From Vicinamibacterales bacterium (GTDB lineage Bacteria; Acidobacteriota; Vicinamibacteria; Vicinamibacterales; UBA8438), in the NCBI GenBank assembly GCA_965261285.1, contig OZ253457.1:2857396-2921395 (forward strand): a DNA stretch of 64,000 bases. Reading direction: 5' to 3'. Each line of letters opens with the position of its first letter. Position 1 is the stretch's first letter. Below, piece by piece: positions 61,288 to 64,000 of the stretch. A model generated the notes under the pieces. The model did no database searches and was not told the DNA's origin. It saw only the letters and a program-made list of their open reading frames with translations. The translations under genes were made by a program, and so were the position numbers.

Positions 61288-64000
61288 GTTGACAGCGGCG
61301 GCCGAACACTACTTCGCCGACCTGCAGCGGATTCGCGCGTCCGGTGGTGCGACCGGCGAACGGTCGGTCTACACGCCGATCGCCAACCTGCTCAACGCCG
61401 TCGGCGGCGCGCTCAAGCCCAGAGTGTTCTGCGTCGGGGAACTCGCCGAACAGGGCGCCGGCCATCCTGACTTCGGCCTCTACGCGGCGCGGCAAGTCCA
61501 GAAGGGCCGCCCTCGGGACGGGCAGACGCCGGAGTGCGGCGTCGTCGAGGTGAAGTCGGCTGGCGCCGACGCCGGACTGACGGCCGAGAGCCCGCAAGTG
61601 AGCCGCTACCGGGCTCGCTACCGCGTGGTGCTGGTCACCAATACGCGCGAGTTCGTGCTCGTCGGTGAAGCCCCCGCGGACCGTTCCGTCAAGCTGGAAG
61701 CCTTCCGGCTGGCGGCAGACGAGACCGAGTTCGACCGCCGCCTCGAAACCCCGCGCGCCTTCGCCCATCAGACCGGCACGAGCCTCGGCGAGTACCTCTG
61801 CCGGGCGCTCTCGCACCGCGCCGCGATCGCCGAGCCGAAAGACCTCGCCCGGCTGCTCGCCTCGTATGCGCGGGACGGGCTGTCGCGCGTGGAGGCCGCG
61901 GGCAACGCGCCGGCGCTGGCGACCGTCCGCAACGCCCTGGAACAGTCGCTCGGTGTCCGTTTCGAGGGCGACCGCGGCGCCCGGTTCTTCCGGTCGACCC
62001 TGGTCCAGACGCTGTTCTACGGCGTCTTCTCCGCCTGGGTGCTCTGGGCACGACAGACACCTCCGCCGTCAGATCGATTCAACTGGCGCGAAGCCGTATG
62101 GCACCTGCGCGCGCCGGTACTGCGGGCGCTGTTCCAGCAACTCTCCGATCCCGGCCGCATGAAGCCACTCGGGCTCGTCGAGGTGATTGACTGGACCGCC
62201 GCAGCCCTCGACCGGGTCGACCGGCCTGCGTTCTTCGCCAAGTTCAGCGAGGGCGAGGCCGTCCCCTACTTCTACGAGCCGTTCCTCGAGGCCTTCGATC
62301 CCGACCTGCGCAAGCAGTTGGGGGTCTGGTACACGCCGGCTGAGGTGGTCCGCTACATGGTCGCCCGAGTCGACAAGGCGCTGCAGGAAGACCTCGGCGT
62401 CGCCGGCGGGCTCGCCGCCGACAACGTCTACGTGCTCGACCCGTGCTGCGGCACCGGCGCCTACCTCGCGGAAGTGCTGCGCCGCATCGCCACCAATCTC
62501 GAGCGCGAGGGCCAAGGCGCGCTGACCGGCGCGCGGGTGAAGCAGGCGGCGACGAAGCGGGTTTTCGGCTTCGAGATCATGCCCGCGCCGTTCGTCGTCG
62601 CCCACCTGCAGGTCGGGTTGACCATGCGTGTGCTGGGCGCCCCGCTCACCGAAGAGGGCGACGAACGCGCCGGCATCTACCTGACGAACGCCCTGACCGG
62701 TTGGGAGCCGCATACGACCAAGCCCCTGCCCTTCCCCGAGCTGGAGGACGAACGCGACCGCGCCGCCCAGGTCAAGCAGGCGACGCCCATCCTCGTGATC
62801 CTGGGCAATCCCCCCTACAACGGCTTCGCCGGCATGGCGGTGCACGAGGAACGCGAGCTGTCGGACGCCTACCGGGTCACGAAGCGCGTCCGGCCCCCGG
62901 AGGGCCGGGGGCTCAACGATCTCTACGTCCGCTTCTTCCGCATGGCTGAACGACGCATCGTCGAGAAGACCGGCTGCGGCGTGATCTGCTTCATCTCGAA
63001 TTATTCGTGGCTCGACGGCTTGTCCTACACCGGCATGCGCGAACGCTATCTGGAGGCCTTCGACGCGATCCGCGTCGACTGCCTGAACGGCGACAAGTAC
63101 AAGACCGGCAAGACCACGCCCGACGGCAGCCCCGATCCCAGCATCTTCTCCACACCCGAGGACCCGGTCGGCATCCAGGTCGGCACCGCGATCGCCACGA
63201 TGATCCGCAAGTCCGACCACACGTCAGCCAGCGAGATCGGCTTCCGCCACCTTTGGGGTTCAGACAAGCCCAAGGCGCTGCTCGATACAGCCCATTCCGC
63301 TCCCCCGACGCTCTACGATCCCGTCACACCGGTGCTCGGCCTCGGTTTGCCGTTCAGCCCCAGCGCGGTCAGTCCGAACTGGTTCGCCTGGCCCGCGTTG
63401 CCAGATCTGTTCCCGGCTCGTTTTCACGGCGTGCTGACCAACCGCGACTCTCTTCTCGTCGATACCGACCTTGACCGACTCAAGTCGCGAATCACCAGCT
63501 ACTTCGACGCCGACCTGAGCCACGAAGGACTCGCAAAGCGCTACCCGAACGCCATGCAGGACACCGCGCAAGGCAACGCCCGGACCACGCGTGACGTCCT
63601 GCGAGCGCGTGGTCACGCCGACGAAAGTGGCTTTATTCGCTTCACCTACCGCCCGTTCGACAACCGCTGGCTCTATTGGCAGCCCGACGGGTTGCTGGAC
63701 CGACCACGCACCGAATACCGCCCCCACGTGTTCGAAGGCAACCTGTGGCTCTCCGCCGCCCAACACCTGCGGCAAGGAGCCGCCGAACCTCAGGTCTGCT
63801 TCACCGAACACCTCGGCTCGCATCACCTGATCGAGCGAGGCGCCAACCTGTTTCCCGCGTGGCTGCTCGCTGACGGCCTCGCGGCGGCCGAGAACGGCCC
63901 GGAACGCCGCGCCAACCTGTCGGGGCCGGCCCGCCGCTACCTCGAACGTCTGGGCGCTACCGTCGAGGACCTGTTCTACCACGTGCTTGCCGTGCTCCAC
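61288..64000 (+). CDS. type IIG / type ISP-like restriction-modification fusion (PD-(D/E)XK-like N-domain plus N6-adenine methyltransferase plus specificity region), partial at 3' end
   Basis: My own translation gives a frame open from 61208 to the window end, absent from the track. The likely start is TTG 61288 (TAAAEHYFADLQRIRASGGATGERSVYTPIANLL). Motifs are HPDFG...VVEVK, VLDPCCGTGAY (motif I), ILGNPPY (motif IV) and FTYRPFDNRWLYW (type ISP C-terminal-like). Confidence 0.8.

Noticed and set aside
61205-61290. Translational read-through fusion of mazF with the downstream methyltransferase ORF, which is in the same frame across a single TGA.
   Set aside because: The 27 codons between the stop and the conserved N-terminus are not conserved-looking. 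Homologous enzymes start at the YF.DLQRIR region. The shared frame is most simply coincidence.

Overview
High-GC (about 70% by eye), gene-dense bacterial chromosomal segment. I recognised no rRNA, tRNA, CRISPR array, transposase or integrase. Many very long ORFs in the track are GC-driven antisense or off-frame artefacts. Real genes were picked by recognisable motifs, signal peptides, RBS spacing and start-codon context.

Left part (1-18.5 kb): SAM methyltransferase, a divergent Cro/CI-like regulator pair, an HMGL-like aldolase, a secreted hydrolase, Rieske oxygenase alpha/beta subunits, NCS2, DASS and AI-2E transporters, a cupin, a PQQ-like propeller, a 5'-truncated amidohydrolase, and a lower-GC islet carrying hicAB.

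Centre (18.5-45.3 kb): a large envelope acquisition supercluster.
- Minus-strand arm: a TonB-dependent receptor (TBDR) with a His/Asp-rich loop, two small Cys/His proteins, and an ABC ATPase with two DUF3526-like permeases.
- Plus-strand arm (19 kb): small Cys/His proteins, three beta-propeller domains, a second TBDR, two giant CobN-like proteins that appear membrane-anchored at both ends, a polytopic membrane protein, a MotA/ExbB-like channel, a DUF2149-like protein and an SGNH hydrolase.
- No CobS/CobT-type ATPase, ExbD or TonB is visible.
- This is my best candidate for a poorly described system.

Right part: a VWA protein, an ECF sigma/anti-sigma pair, DUF6152, three more copies of a secreted paralog family (four in the window), a LysM/M15-like protein, TauE, NUDIX, a PQQ dehydrogenase, an enoyl-CoA hydratase, mazEF, and a long type IIG/ISP-like restriction-methyltransferase ORF that is missing from the supplied ORF track.

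A pervasive oddity is that at least ten gene boundaries carry short tandem 'echo' arrays (67-113 bp units, 2-4 copies). These re-copy the last codons, the stop codon and the downstream hairpin of a gene, and sometimes the 5' end of the next gene.
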